Source of the DNA: an uncultured Bradyrhizobium sp.
GTDB lineage: Bacteria > Pseudomonadota > Alphaproteobacteria > Rhizobiales > Xanthobacteraceae
DNA: 64,000 nucleotides
Reading direction: 5' to 3'
NCBI RefSeq assembly: GCF_947648125.1
Contig: NZ_CANSMR010000008.1
Span: 172,509 to 236,508, forward strand
Shown piece after piece: positions 9,377 through 19,104 of this stretch. Both the position numbers and the translations under genes were made by a program. Below the pieces are notes generated by a model, which had not been told where the DNA came from, did no database searches, and saw only the letters and a program-made list of their open reading frames with translations. The stretch's first letter is position 1. Each line of letters opens with the position of its first letter.

Positions 9377-10315
9377 GTGATCAATAATCTGAAATTGCGC
9401 CAGTTGCGCCTGCTGGTGGCGCTCGACAGCGAGCGCAAGCTGCAGCTGGCCGCCGAGCGGCTCAACATCACCCAATCGGCTGCATCCAAGATGCTGGCCG
9501 AGATCGAGGCCGTGGCGCGGGTTCCGTTGTTCGAGCGGACCGCGCGCGGCGTCGAGCCGACCGCCTACGGCTCGATCCTGATCCGGGGCGGCAGGAGTGT
9601 CCTTGCGGACCTTGACCGGGTCACCGATGAATTCGCCGGTTACCGGTCCGGCGAGCTCGGCACCGTATCGGTCGGAACGGTCGCCAAGCCCAGCATCGAC
9701 CTGGTCGTCGATGTGATGCAGTATCTCGGCGAGAAGCTGCATCGGGTCAACATTTCACTCGATGTCAGCACCAGCCCGCCGCTGGTTGCGCGGCTGCTCG
9801 CGCTTGAACTCGATTTCATCGTTGCGCGGATACCCGCCGGCGTTGATCCCGGACAGTTCGATTATCACGAGATCGGCGCCGAGCAGGCCGGCCTGTTGGT
9901 TCGCGCCGAGCATCCGCTGGCCGCGCTCGACAGCGTCAATCTGGAAGACACGGTCGACCTGCAATGGATTTCCCAGCCGCGGGAATCCTTCATGCGCCAG
10001 GCGCTCGAGCGGCTGTTCTACAGCCGGGGCATTGCGCCGCCGCAGCGCATGATCAATACCGAATCGTTCTCCGCGTCGATCGGAATTGCTGCAGGCATCG
10101 ACGCGATCGTGCCGGTGCCCTTGCTGATCTTCGATCTGCTCGATCCGCAGCGCTTCAAGATGCTGCGCATCCGCGACCAGCTGATGCTCGAGAGTTATGG
10201 GCTGATCAAGCTGCGCAAGCGGGCGCTGTCGCCGGCCGCGATGCTGGTGTTCGATGCAATGATGCGGCTCAGCGTCGAGAGCGGACGGCAGCTGTCCGAG
10301 GGCTCATCTGCTTAG
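9377..10315 (+). CDS. LysR-family transcriptional regulator
   Basis: N-terminal HTH ('LRQLRLLVALDSERKLQLAAERLNITQSAASKMLAEIE') plus a substrate-binding domain. It is divergent from the MFS gene. Confidence 0.9.
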   Translation: MINNLKLRQLRLLVALDSERKLQLAAERLNITQSAASKMLAEIEAVARVPLFERTARGVEPTAYGSILIRGGRSVLADLDRVTDEFAGYRSGELGTVSVGTVAKPSIDLVVDVMQYLGEKLHRVNISLDVSTSPPLVARLLALELDFIVARIPAGVDPGQFDYHEIGAEQAGLLVRAEHPLAALDSVNLEDTVDLQWISQPRESFMRQALERLFYSRGIAPPQRMINTESFSASIGIAAGIDAIVPVPLLIFDLLDPQRFKMLRIRDQLMLESYGLIKLRKRALSPAAMLVFDAMMRLSVESGRQLSEGSSA

Positions 10316-10333
10316 CACGTACCGCAGGCGTTC

Positions 10334-11527
10334 TCAGCGGAACATGCTGCGCAGGTTCTGCGCAATCTCGAACAGCGCCGGATTGTGCTTCACGGCGCGC
10401 TTGGCGCGGCTGATGGCCGCCAGCGCGCTTGCCGCCGGCTTGCCGCGCAGGCTGAGCGGAACGAAGCTGTCGACGATCGCTTCGTCGTCCTTGCAGAACA
10501 GCCGCTTGTACTCGTCCGAGCCGATGCCGAGGTCGAAGGCGCGGTAGTTCAGGCCGGCATGGCGATCGATGATGTCGCGCATCAGGATCAGGCCGGGGCT
10601 GAACTTGGAATTGGCCGACATCGTGTAGGTGTTGAACATCATCGAGAAGCGATGACCGTCGGAGACGCCGGCGTAGATCGCGATCACTTCCTCGTCGCAC
10701 TCCAGCGCGTGGATGTCGATCGCATAGCCCTTGCCGTCGGCGCGCGGCGCGAGGCAGGCGCTGCGGATGAACTGCTCGACGCCGGGCTCGGCGAATACAT
10801 CGGGCAATTTCTGCTCGGCCATGCGCTGCGGCTTGACACGGAAGAACCAGTCGAGCAGGCGGCAGACGTCGGCGCTGTCGGCCGCGACGTGATAACGGTA
10901 GCCGGGCAACGGCTGCAGCTTGCGCTCCTTGCCCTTGAGGCGGCGGCGGAACGAATTGCTGATCAGCGCAGCGGGTGCCGCGCCGGGCTCGATCACCAGC
11001 AGCGGGCAGTCGTTCACAGAGGCCTGATGCGGCAGCAACGCCAGCGGATTGGGCTGGTCCTGCCAGCGCAGCGGCTGTTGACACAGCACGAGCGCGTCGA
11101 CGCGGGACCGCTCGGCGATCAATCCGGTCAGGGCCGTGATGTCGGCCTCGGTTGCGTTGGCGGCGAAGTCCTTGTCGTACAGCGCCATGTTGAAGGTCGC
11201 ATGCTTGCCGCCCATGAAGCTCGCGCAGCTCGCACCGAGGCGCTGCTCGACGGCGAGCGGCAACAGCAGCAGCGGACGGCGTTCGCTGTCATGAGCTACG
11301 ACGATGAAGGGCCGCAGGCCTTCGCGCTCGCCGACCTGGCGTTGCCAGTTGGCGAGGAAATCGAAGCGCTGATAGGGCGTGTAGCTGTGTTGCGGTGTTT
11401 CGAGACTGCGCCAGGTCGCTTCGGCCGCGGTGAGGTCATGAAAGATGTCGACGCCGGCGACGCGAATTGCGTTCGGCCATGGTCGCGTCTCCGCCGTCTG
11501 GCCTTCAACTGCCGCCGCCATGATCAT
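10334..11527 (-). CDS. CelD/BioF2-like GNAT-fold acetyltransferase family protein (FemAB-like)
   Basis: C-terminal 'FSPGLILMRDIIDRHAGLNYRAFDLGIGSDEYKRLFC' matches the conserved SPG...D.G.G...YK motif of the CelD-like family. Confidence 0.7.
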   Translation of the reverse strand: MIMAAAVEGQTAETRPWPNAIRVAGVDIFHDLTAAEATWRSLETPQHSYTPYQRFDFLANWQRQVGEREGLRPFIVVAHDSERRPLLLLPLAVEQRLGASCASFMGGKHATFNMALYDKDFAANATEADITALTGLIAERSRVDALVLCQQPLRWQDQPNPLALLPHQASVNDCPLLVIEPGAAPAALISNSFRRRLKGKERKLQPLPGYRYHVAADSADVCRLLDWFFRVKPQRMAEQKLPDVFAEPGVEQFIRSACLAPRADGKGYAIDIHALECDEEVIAIYAGVSDGHRFSMMFNTYTMSANSKFSPGLILMRDIIDRHAGLNYRAFDLGIGSDEYKRLFCKDDEAIVDSFVPLSLRGKPAASALAAISRAKRAVKHNPALFEIAQNLRSMFR

Positions 11528-11694
11528 CTCGGAACCTAAATTTTTAAGGTATTAATTTACAGGTCTCGGCTGCGGCCGACCTTCGCAGGGAAATGTCAAC
11601 AAAGAGTAATAACAATGCCGCGGCGGTGTGTGGGAACCGCCGGGCAGAGGCGGGGACTTTGGCGCCGGAGAACAGGATTTTGCGGCGGGCCCGG

Positions 11695-12723
11695 ATGGAG
11701 CTCGCCTGGTTCAGCGGTGCCTTCAGGTTGCGGGAACGCGAGGCCGGGGGCGCAGGCGTGATCCTGCGCTTCGCGCGCGTGCGTCCCGCACGCCGGGCCC
11801 GGTTCCAGCCGTTGAGGTCGCAGGAGATCACGCCGGCCTTCCTCGATCGTACGGTCCGCGCACTGAAGCGCTGGAAGTACGACATCGTCGGGATCGACGA
11901 GGCCTGCCGCCGCGCGGTGACCATGCCGGGGCGCCGCCGCTTTGCCTGCCTGACCTTCGACGGCGCCAGCAAGGACTTCGTCACGCATGGCTATGCCGTG
12001 CTCGCAAGGCACGGCGTCCCCTTTACCCTCTATTTGCCGACGGCCTTCCCGGACGGCGTGGGCAATGCGTGGTGGCTGGTGCTCGAGGACATCATCGCGC
12101 GCGAGAACCGCATCAGCCTGATAGTCGACGGCAGGGAGCGACACTTCGTGGTCTCGAGCCTGTCGGACAAATACGAGCTGTTCGATTTCCTGTCCGGCTG
12201 GCTGCGCAAGTTGTCGCCGCCTGATCTGTCCTATGCGGTGAACGATCTCGGCCGGCGCTATTCGGCCGATGCGGCGCAATTGTCACGCAGTGCCTCGCTC
12301 GACTGGACGGATCTGGCGAAGTTCGCGGCCGATCCGAACGTGACGTTTGGCAGCGCCACCGTGAACTATCCGGCGCTGTCGAGCCTCAGGGACGGCGACG
12401 CCCAGCGCGAGATGGCGATGGGAAAAGCAGTTGCCGAAAGCGCGCTACGGCGGCCGATCAGACATTTCGCATTCCCCTTCGGGGACCGCGAAGCGTTCCG
12501 CCGTCCGCATGTCGTGATGGCCGAGGAGGCCGGCTTCGCCAGTGCGGTGTCGACCATATCAGGGGTGGTTGAGGCGCAGGGACGCACTAATCTCCACGCA
12601 CTGCCACGCATCGCATGGGACGGCCGCGTCCGCTCACTGCGGATGATGCGCGTGCTGCTCTCGGGCGTGATGTTCGCACCGGTTCGGCCGACGCGGCATG
12701 CGCGCGACGACGGCGCGATCTAG
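11695..12723 (+). CDS. Polysaccharide deacetylase family protein
   Basis: 'CLTFDGASKDFVTHGYAVLARHGVPFTLYLPT' resembles a NodB-type motif 1 region. ATG 11695 was chosen because codons 11593-11694 have atypically low GC3. Confidence 0.8.
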   Translation: MELAWFSGAFRLREREAGGAGVILRFARVRPARRARFQPLRSQEITPAFLDRTVRALKRWKYDIVGIDEACRRAVTMPGRRRFACLTFDGASKDFVTHGYAVLARHGVPFTLYLPTAFPDGVGNAWWLVLEDIIARENRISLIVDGRERHFVVSSLSDKYELFDFLSGWLRKLSPPDLSYAVNDLGRRYSADAAQLSRSASLDWTDLAKFAADPNVTFGSATVNYPALSSLRDGDAQREMAMGKAVAESALRRPIRHFAFPFGDREAFRRPHVVMAEEAGFASAVSTISGVVEAQGRTNLHALPRIAWDGRVRSLRMMRVLLSGVMFAPVRPTRHARDDGAI

Positions 12724-12929
12724 GCGCGGTCGGGCCGCGACATCCAGGAAACGATCGGCATCGCCGGCAGCACCCAGCCGAGGCCAGCGACGACGTAGAA
12801 GATGGCCTGGAGCAGCCCCGAATTGGCGAGCCACGGGGTCTGGGCCACCGTCATGCCAAGCAGTGACCACACCACGACCAGGATGAGCAGGGCGATGGTT
12901 CCGAGCAATTTGCGGGTGCGTATGGCCAT
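12720..12929 (-). CDS. Small two-TM membrane protein (DUF2842-like)
   Basis: 69 aa with two hydrophobic helices and high GC3. It is divergent from ctaA, the usual alphaproteobacterial arrangement. Confidence 0.7.
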   Translation of the reverse strand: MAIRTRKLLGTIALLILVVVWSLLGMTVAQTPWLANSGLLQAIFYVVAGLGWVLPAMPIVSWMSRPDRA

Positions 12930-13026
12930 GGCGGATATGTATGTATGACTCGTGATCTCGGCAGCGCTTGCGCCGCGGGCGGGCCGGACTATAAGGGGCC
13001 CGAAAATCCAATCAAGTCAGGGCGAA

Positions 13027-14112
13027 ATGGCCGGTATTTCCGCACAACCATCGCAGCTCCGCGCGGTCAGGATCTGGCTGATCGCGGTCGCCGCCCTGAT
13101 CGCGCTGATGGTCCTGGTCGGCGGCGCCACGCGGCTCACCGAGTCCGGCCTGTCGATCGTCGAATGGAAGCCGGTGACCGGCGCGCTGCCGCCGCTGACC
13201 GAGGCGCAATGGACGAAGGCCTTCGAGGGCTACAAGGCCATCCCGCAATATCGCGAGCTCAACGCAGGGATGACGCTCGCGCAATTCAAGACGATCTTCT
13301 GGTGGGAGTGGAGCCACCGGCTGCTCGGCCGGGTGATCGGCGCCGCCTATCTGCTGCCGTTCCTTTACTTCCTGTGGCGCGGCACGGTGAGCGGCGAGCT
13401 CGGCCGGCGGCTGTGGGTGATCTTTGGCCTCGGCGCGCTGCAGGGCGGCGTCGGCTGGTGGATGGTGGCGTCCGGTCTCTCCGAGCGCGTCGAGGTGTCA
13501 CAGTATCGGCTGGCGACGCATCTGGTGCTGGCGCTTCTGATCTTCGCGGCGATCGTCTGGACGCTGCGGCGCTTGACGGACCGTCCGTCGGTGATCGCGC
13601 CGCTCAGGCTGAAGATCACGAGCGCGGTGCTGCTCGTGCTCACCTTCGTGCAGCTCTATTTCGGCGCGCTGGTTGCGGGTCTGCGCGCGGGCAGGGTTTA
13701 CAACACCTGGCCCGAGATCGACGGCGGCTTGATTCCATCGGCTGACCGCCTCTGGTTCGAGACGCCGTGGTGGCGCAATCTGTTCGACAACACGCTGACG
13801 GTGCAGTTCGAGCATCGCATGACCGCGTATTTGCTGTTCGCGCTGGCGATCGCGCATGCGATCGATGCCGTGCGCGCGCGCGCCGGCGGTGCCGTCATCG
13901 CGGGTGCCTGGTGGCTGGTTGCGGCAATCACGGTACAGGCGACGCTCGGCATCCTGACGCTGCTGCATCAGGTGCCGATCGATCTGGCGCTGACGCACCA
14001 GGCGGTCGCGATCGTCGTGCTGACATTGGCGGTGTTGCAGGCCGAGCGCTTCGCGGCGCGCCGCACCGAACGGGACCAGCCGACCCTCGTTCCGGTCGGC
14101 CAGTCGCTTTGA
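13027..14112 (+). CDS. ctaA: Heme A synthase (COX15/CtaA)
   Basis: Eight TM segments with conserved His-containing helices ('[18 protein letters not shown]', 'FEHRMTAYL', 'THQAVAIVV'). Starts at ATG 13027. Confidence 0.85.
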   Translation: MAGISAQPSQLRAVRIWLIAVAALIALMVLVGGATRLTESGLSIVEWKPVTGALPPLTEAQWTKAFEGYKAIPQYRELNAGMTLAQFKTIFWWEWSHRLLGRVIGAAYLLPFLYFLWRGTVSGELGRRLWVIFGLGALQGGVGWWMVASGLSERVEVSQYRLATHLVLALLIFAAIVWTLRRLTDRPSVIAPLRLKITSAVLLVLTFVQLYFGALVAGLRAGRVYNTWPEIDGGLIPSADRLWFETPWWRNLFDNTLTVQFEHRMTAYLLFALAIAHAIDAVRARAGGAVIAGAWWLVAAITVQATLGILTLLHQVPIDLALTHQAVAIVVLTLAVLQAERFAARRTERDQPTLVPVGQSL

Positions 14113-14133
14113 TCCATCAACCCGGCTGATCCA

Positions 14134-14985
14134 TCAGGACAGATAGTCGAGCCCGATATCGAGCGCGGCCGAGCTGTGGGTCACCCAGCCGACCGAGATC
14201 AAATCGACGCCGGTGGCGGCGATCGCTCCGGCGGTTGCGGCCGTGATGCGGCCGGAGGCTTCGGTGAGTGCCTTGCCGCGCGCCATCGCCGCCGCCTGAC
14301 TGAGCTGCTCGGTCGTCATGTTGTCGAGCAGGACCGCGTCGACGCCGAGCGCCAGCGCCTCCTCGAGCTGCGACAGCGTGTCGACCTCGACCTCGATCTT
14401 CACCAGATGGCCGGTATTGGCCTTGGCACGCTCGACCGCGGTGCGGATGCCGCCGGCGAGCGCGATGTGGTTGTCCTTGATCAGCACGGCATCGTCGAGA
14501 CCGAAACGATGATTGCCGCCGCCGCCGGCGCGGACCGCGTATTTCTCCAGCGCGCGCAGTCCCGGCGTGGTCTTGCGGGTGCAGACGATCTGCGCGCGGG
14601 TGCCTGCGACGGCCTTGACGAGCGTGGCGGTTGCGGTCGCGACGCCGCTCAGGTGGCAGAGGAAGTTGAGCGCGGTTCGCTCCGCGGTGAGCAGGCTGCG
14701 GGCGGGGCCGTCGATGATCGCGATGACCTGGTCGGGTTCGACCGCACTGCCGTCGGGCCGCTCGGCGCGCAGCTCGATCGCCGGCGACACCGTCTGGAAG
14801 GCCGTGCGCGCCACGTCGAGCCCGGCGATCACGCCCGGCTGCCGCGCCCGCATTACCAGCCGGGCCTGCTGGCTGGCCGGCACGATGGCGTCTGCCGTGA
14901 TATCGCCGGCGCGGCCGAGATCCTCGCGCAAGGCGGTTTGCACGATCGGCTCATACAGCAGCGGCAACAGGGGATTGAGGGTCAT
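14134..14985 (-). CDS. nadC: Nicotinate-nucleotide diphosphorylase (carboxylating), quinolinate phosphoribosyltransferase
   Basis: Full-length QPRTase sequence ('[38 protein letters not shown]'). Its start overlaps the nadB stop by 4 nt. Confidence 0.95.
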   Translation of the reverse strand: MTLNPLLPLLYEPIVQTALREDLGRAGDITADAIVPASQQARLVMRARQPGVIAGLDVARTAFQTVSPAIELRAERPDGSAVEPDQVIAIIDGPARSLLTAERTALNFLCHLSGVATATATLVKAVAGTRAQIVCTRKTTPGLRALEKYAVRAGGGGNHRFGLDDAVLIKDNHIALAGGIRTAVERAKANTGHLVKIEVEVDTLSQLEEALALGVDAVLLDNMTTEQLSQAAAMARGKALTEASGRITAATAGAIAATGVDLISVGWVTHSSAALDIGLDYLS

Positions 14986-16532
14986 AAGCGGGCACTCCTG
15001 GCTGGTAGCTTGGATTCAACGATGTCGTGCGCAGCGACGAGCGCCTCGGCACGGGTGAGGGAAGACGGGGCCGCCGACAGAGCAGTGTGCGGGAAATCGG
15101 TGCGGAAATGACCGCCGCGGCTTTCCTCACGCCGGATTGCGGCGACCGCGATCATCAATCCGACCAGTGCTGCGTCGGATGCCGTACCGGGACTGCGCGC
15201 GAGCGGATAGAGGCCGCGGATCGCGCGTGCGATGCCGTCGTGGTCGCGCAGCACACCGAGCCCCTGGGTGAGGATCGGACGTACGGCAGAGGGATCGGAG
15301 GCGGCCGGCATCGTGTCGTCGCTCAGCATCGCGCGCGGACCCGCGCTGACGCCTTCGATGCTTTCGGCGACCCAGCGCGCGCAGACGATCGCTTCCATCA
15401 GCGAGTTGCTGGCGAGCCGGTTGGCGCCGTGCAGCCCGGTGCGCGCGGCCTCGCCGCAGGCCCACAGGCCCTGCACCGTGCTGCGGCCATGGCCGTCAAC
15501 CGCGATGCCGCCCATGTGGTAGTGGACCGCCGGCCGGATCGGGATCGGATCCGTGGCGGGATCGATGCCGGCCATCTTGCAGAACGCGCTGATCACGGGA
15601 TAGCGCTGCGCGAAATCCGCACCCGGATGCTTGCGCGCATCGAGGAAGGTGCGGTGTCCCGCGGCGCGATGGCGCCAGACGGCCCGTGCGACGATGTCCC
15701 GTGGCGCAAGTTCGGCGCCGGGCTGATCGGCCATGAAGCGTCGGCCGGTCTCGTCGATCAGGGTCGCGCCGTCGCCGCGGATCGCCTCGGTCAACAGCGG
15801 CATCGGCCGCGACGGCCCATCGAAGGCGGTCGGATGAAACTGGACGAATTCGAGGTCCGACAGTCTTGCGCCGGCATGCGCCGCGAGCGCGAGCCCCTGG
15901 CCGAAGCATCCGCCCGGATTGGTGCTGTCTGAAAACAGCCCGCCGATGCCGCCGGTCGCGATCACGACGCGGTTGGTCGCGATCGTCAACGCGCCGCGGT
16001 CGCTGGCTGCGAGCACGCCCCTAACCGCATTGTCCTCGACCAGCAGCCGCCGCGCCTCCACGCCTTCCAGCAAGGTGATCGATGGCGTCTGACGGACCGC
16101 CGCGATCAGCGCGCGCATGATCTCGCGCCCGGTGCCGTCGCCGGTGGCGTGCACGATGCGGTTGCGCCCGTGCGCGGCCTCGAGCCCGAGACGCCAGCTG
16201 CCGTCGGCGCGCCGGTCGAAGGCGACGCCGAGCTCGGCCAAATGCTCCACGGCGGCCGGCGCGGCATCAACGATCCGGGATGCTGCGGCCGCATCACAGA
16301 GGCCGGCGCCCGCCGCGAGCGTATCGGCGAGATGGAGGGCAGGGGTGTCATCCGCGCCGACCGGCGCGGCAAGTCCGCCCTGCGCCCACATGCTGGAGGC
16401 TTCCGCGCCGAGCGGCGATTTCGACAGCAGCACGACCGGCTCGGGCGCGAGCTGCAGCGCGGTCATCAGCCCCGCGGCGCCGCCGCCGACGATCACCGGG
16501 CGGCCGTTGAGATCGGAGATATCAATACTCAT
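14982..16532 (-). CDS. nadB: L-aspartate oxidase
   Basis: FAD dinucleotide fold '[14 protein letters not shown]' follows the ATG at 16532. 'RFMADQ...[11 protein letters not shown]' and 'HYHMGGI' motifs are present. The ATGA overlap with the nadA stop supports this start over the 616-aa ORF. Confidence 0.95.
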   Translation of the reverse strand: MSIDISDLNGRPVIVGGGAAGLMTALQLAPEPVVLLSKSPLGAEASSMWAQGGLAAPVGADDTPALHLADTLAAGAGLCDAAAASRIVDAAPAAVEHLAELGVAFDRRADGSWRLGLEAAHGRNRIVHATGDGTGREIMRALIAAVRQTPSITLLEGVEARRLLVEDNAVRGVLAASDRGALTIATNRVVIATGGIGGLFSDSTNPGGCFGQGLALAAHAGARLSDLEFVQFHPTAFDGPSRPMPLLTEAIRGDGATLIDETGRRFMADQPGAELAPRDIVARAVWRHRAAGHRTFLDARKHPGADFAQRYPVISAFCKMAGIDPATDPIPIRPAVHYHMGGIAVDGHGRSTVQGLWACGEAARTGLHGANRLASNSLMEAIVCARWVAESIEGVSAGPRAMLSDDTMPAASDPSAVRPILTQGLGVLRDHDGIARAIRGLYPLARSPGTASDAALVGLMIAVAAIRREESRGGHFRTDFPHTALSAAPSSLTRAEALVAAHDIVESKLPARSARL

Positions 16533-17515
16533 ATCGCCAGCATCCTTTCGACGCTCTTGCGCGCGCGCTCGGCGATCTCTGGGTCGATCGTGACCTCGTG
16601 CTGATTGGTCTCCAGCGCGTGGCGGATGTTCTTCAGCGTGATCCGCTTCATGTGCGGACAGAGATTGCAGGGCCGGACGAAGTCGACATCGGGATTGCGG
16701 GCCGCGATGTTGTCGCTCATCGAACATTCTGTCAGCAGCACGACCCGGGGCGGACGTTTGGTCTCGACGAACGATTGCATCGCAGCGGTCGAGCCGGAAA
16801 AGTCCGCTTCGGCGACCACCTCGGGCGGGCATTCCGGATGCGCCAGGATGGTGACATCGGGATAGTTCTCACGCAGCTGACGCACGTCATCGGCGGTGAA
16901 CAGCTCGTGCACCTCGCAATGGCCCTTCCAGGCGATGATCTTCTTGCTGGTCTGCTTGGCGATGTTCTGCGCCAGATATTCATCCGGCAGCATGATGATC
17001 CGCTCGGCGCCGAGCGATTCCACGATCCTGAGCGCGTTGCCTGACGTGCAGCAGATGTCGGACTCCGCCTTCACTGCGGTCGACGTGTTGACATAGGCAA
17101 CCACGGGCGCGTCCGGATAGCGCGCGCGCATCAGCTGCACGTCAGCTGCCGTGATGGAATCCGCCAGCGAGCAGCCGGCCTTGAGGTCGGGGATCAGCAC
17201 GGTCTTGGCCGGATTGAGCAGCTTCGCCGTCTCGGCCATGAAGTGCACGCCCGCCAGCACGATCACATCGGCGTCGACCTTGGTCGCTTCACGCGCGAGC
17301 AGGAGGCTGTCGCCGACGATGTCGGCGACACCGTGAAAGATCTCCGGCGTCTGGTAGTTGTGCGCAAGCACCACTGCGTTACGGCGGCGTTTCAGTTCGA
17401 GGATCGCATCGACGTCCTCGGCGAAAGTGGCCCATTCGAACGGTGGGATGACGCGCTTGACGCGCTCATAGAGCGGCGCGGTGCGGGTGAGAACATCGGT
17501 ATCGAGTGCAACCAT
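16529..17515 (-). CDS. nadA: Quinolinate synthase A
   Basis: Full-length NadA ('[11 protein letters not shown]', '[10 protein letters not shown]', 'CSLADSI', 'VAYVNTS', 'CEVHELF', 'CPHMKRITL'). AAGGAGAG SD lies upstream of the ATG at 17515. Confidence 0.95.
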   Translation of the reverse strand: MVALDTDVLTRTAPLYERVKRVIPPFEWATFAEDVDAILELKRRRNAVVLAHNYQTPEIFHGVADIVGDSLLLAREATKVDADVIVLAGVHFMAETAKLLNPAKTVLIPDLKAGCSLADSITAADVQLMRARYPDAPVVAYVNTSTAVKAESDICCTSGNALRIVESLGAERIIMLPDEYLAQNIAKQTSKKIIAWKGHCEVHELFTADDVRQLRENYPDVTILAHPECPPEVVAEADFSGSTAAMQSFVETKRPPRVVLLTECSMSDNIAARNPDVDFVRPCNLCPHMKRITLKNIRHALETNQHEVTIDPEIAERARKSVERMLAI

Positions 17516-17525
17516 TTATACTCTC

Positions 17526-17564
17526 CTTGAGCATAAGATGGCTTATACTTATCCTGAGCATAAG
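17526..17564. promoter_or_regulatory. Candidate operator: two direct YTGAGCATAAG copies with an inverted partial copy (CTTATAC) between them
   Basis: CTTGAGCATAAG lies at 17526-17537 and CCTGAGCATAAG at 17553-17564, 27 bp apart. CTTATAC at 17542-17548 forms ATAAG-N4-CTTAT with the first copy. All lie in the 54-nt nrtR-like/nadA spacer. Confidence 0.35.
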
Positions 17565-17569
17565 GCGTG

Positions 17570-18529
17570 TCAAGAGCGCGAAAGCGGGAGCTTGGTGCCG
17601 GCGACGGCCCGTTCGGCCAGTACGGCATGGCGGAAGCGGAACAGCTTGGCCGGCCGTCCGACGGTATCGGCGGCCATTGCGCCAGTCTCTTCAACGAGTT
17701 CCTGCTGCTCGATGAGCCGGCGGAAGTTCTGCTTGTGGACCAGCCGGCCTGCGAGCGCCTCAACACTGCGTTGCAGTTGCAGCAGGGTGAACTCGGCCGG
17801 CATCAATTCGAATACCACCGGACGGTATTTGATCTTGGCGCGCAGCCGCGCGATCCCGGTGGCGAGGATGCGGCGATGATCTGCCGTCATCGGCTTGCCC
17901 GGCACGACCGGCGCGGCGTGGTCATGCGCGCGTCCGGCTTCCGGGATCAGCAGCGCCTCGTACAGCAGCTCGTAGCGCTGCAACACGAGTTCTTCGTTCC
18001 AGTCGCGGTCATCGAGACCGAAGGTGATCGCGCAGCGCTGCCAGCGCTCGCGCTGCAGCGTCGGTGACGGCGCCGCCTTCGCCCAGGTCTTCAGCTTCGG
18101 CGCGATCATCTTCGCAAGACAGACCGGCGTGCCGGCGCGATGATCCTCCCAGGGGAAATAGTCGTACCAGCCGGACCAATGCGCCTCAAAGCCTTCGCCG
18201 ACCTGGTCCTCGCGGGTCAGCCCGAGATAGCTGATCGAGACACTATGCGGCGTCCTGGCGTCGCCGGACCGGCCGCGGTCGGCAAAGGTGTAGAGCTGTT
18301 CGACATAGCCAAGCGGATGGCCGGTCTGCGCCTCGACCCACGCCCGCAGCGCGGTCTGCAGCGAGCGGTGGGTGAACTCGAACGGGCCGCTCGGCAGTGC
18401 GGAGCCGCTGGCGATGGTCATGATCTTCGGCGTGCCGTCGGTGACGGCGACCAGCACCGCGACGAGGTCGGCGGTGACAGCATTGCCCGAAGCCGGTGCG
18501 TTGGTTTTCTTCTGCGGCGATCTGGCCAC
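17570..18529 (-). CDS. nrtR: NrtR-like Nudix-related transcriptional regulator (degenerate Nudix domain plus C-terminal winged helix)
   Basis: The Nudix-box position reads 'GPFEFTHRSLQTALRAWVEAQTG' (G-x5-H-x7-RA-x-x-EA-x-x-G, catalytic Glu residues replaced). The C-terminus 'HKQNFRRLIEQQELVEETG...GRPAKLFRF' resembles the NrtR DNA-binding domain. It lies immediately upstream of nadABC. Confidence 0.75.
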   Translation of the reverse strand: MARSPQKKTNAPASGNAVTADLVAVLVAVTDGTPKIMTIASGSALPSGPFEFTHRSLQTALRAWVEAQTGHPLGYVEQLYTFADRGRSGDARTPHSVSISYLGLTREDQVGEGFEAHWSGWYDYFPWEDHRAGTPVCLAKMIAPKLKTWAKAAPSPTLQRERWQRCAITFGLDDRDWNEELVLQRYELLYEALLIPEAGRAHDHAAPVVPGKPMTADHRRILATGIARLRAKIKYRPVVFELMPAEFTLLQLQRSVEALAGRLVHKQNFRRLIEQQELVEETGAMAADTVGRPAKLFRFRHAVLAERAVAGTKLPLSRS

Positions 18530-18543
18530 GCGCGTATCCCCGG

Positions 18544-18951
18544 CTAGCAGTAGCCGTAGACGCCGCAGGCGTAGGGCAGGCGGTCCCAGTAGGTCACATA
18601 GGCGCCGCCGTAATAGGGGCCGTAATAATTGTAGGAGTGCCAGTTGCCGTAATAGCCGGGCAATGACGACGATCCAGGCAGCAGCGGTTCACCCTGCATG
18701 TACGGGATGTACGGCTCTGAGTTGAGCGGGATCACCTTGGGCTCGACGACCACGAGCTGGCGTCCGCGCCGCACATAGGTCGGTGACGTGATGGTGGTGC
18801 GGTAGGCGTAGTGCCGGCGCGGCAGGCCCGCCGGCAGCTGGCGCACGGCCTTGACGGTGGCGCGTTTGGTGACGACAGGGCCGTCGGCGGCGTCAGCAGG
18901 CGAAATCGCAAACAGCGCGATCGCGAGCGGCAATATCCAGCGCAGCATCAA
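18544..18951 (-). CDS. Secreted hypothetical protein with Tyr/Gly-rich C-terminus
   Basis: Signal peptide 'MMLRWILPLAIALFAISPADA' and a C-terminal 45 aa very rich in Tyr/Gly ('YYGNWHSYNYYGPYYGGAYVTYWDRLPYACGVYGYC'). I recognise no family. Confidence 0.6.
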   Translation of the reverse strand: MMLRWILPLAIALFAISPADAADGPVVTKRATVKAVRQLPAGLPRRHYAYRTTITSPTYVRRGRQLVVVEPKVIPLNSEPYIPYMQGEPLLPGSSSLPGYYGNWHSYNYYGPYYGGAYVTYWDRLPYACGVYGYC

Positions 18952-19104
18952 TGGTCTCCCGAATCATCCGGAGCCTATCACTGCCACTTTATGCCGGATT
19001 GAGCGTTAACGAGAGACCCGTCGATATTAAGCGTTAACGAGACGGTCGTTCTGAGCAAGGTTGCCGGAGTGATGCGGGTGCACCGCTCCGGAACCAAGGT
19101 GGGA

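Noticed and set aside
16533-16832. 100-aa N-terminal extension of nadB
   Set aside because: It overlaps the nadA 3' end and is Arg/Pro-rich junk. The FAD-binding GGGAAG fold starts right after ATG 16532, which forms an ATGA overlap with the nadA stop.
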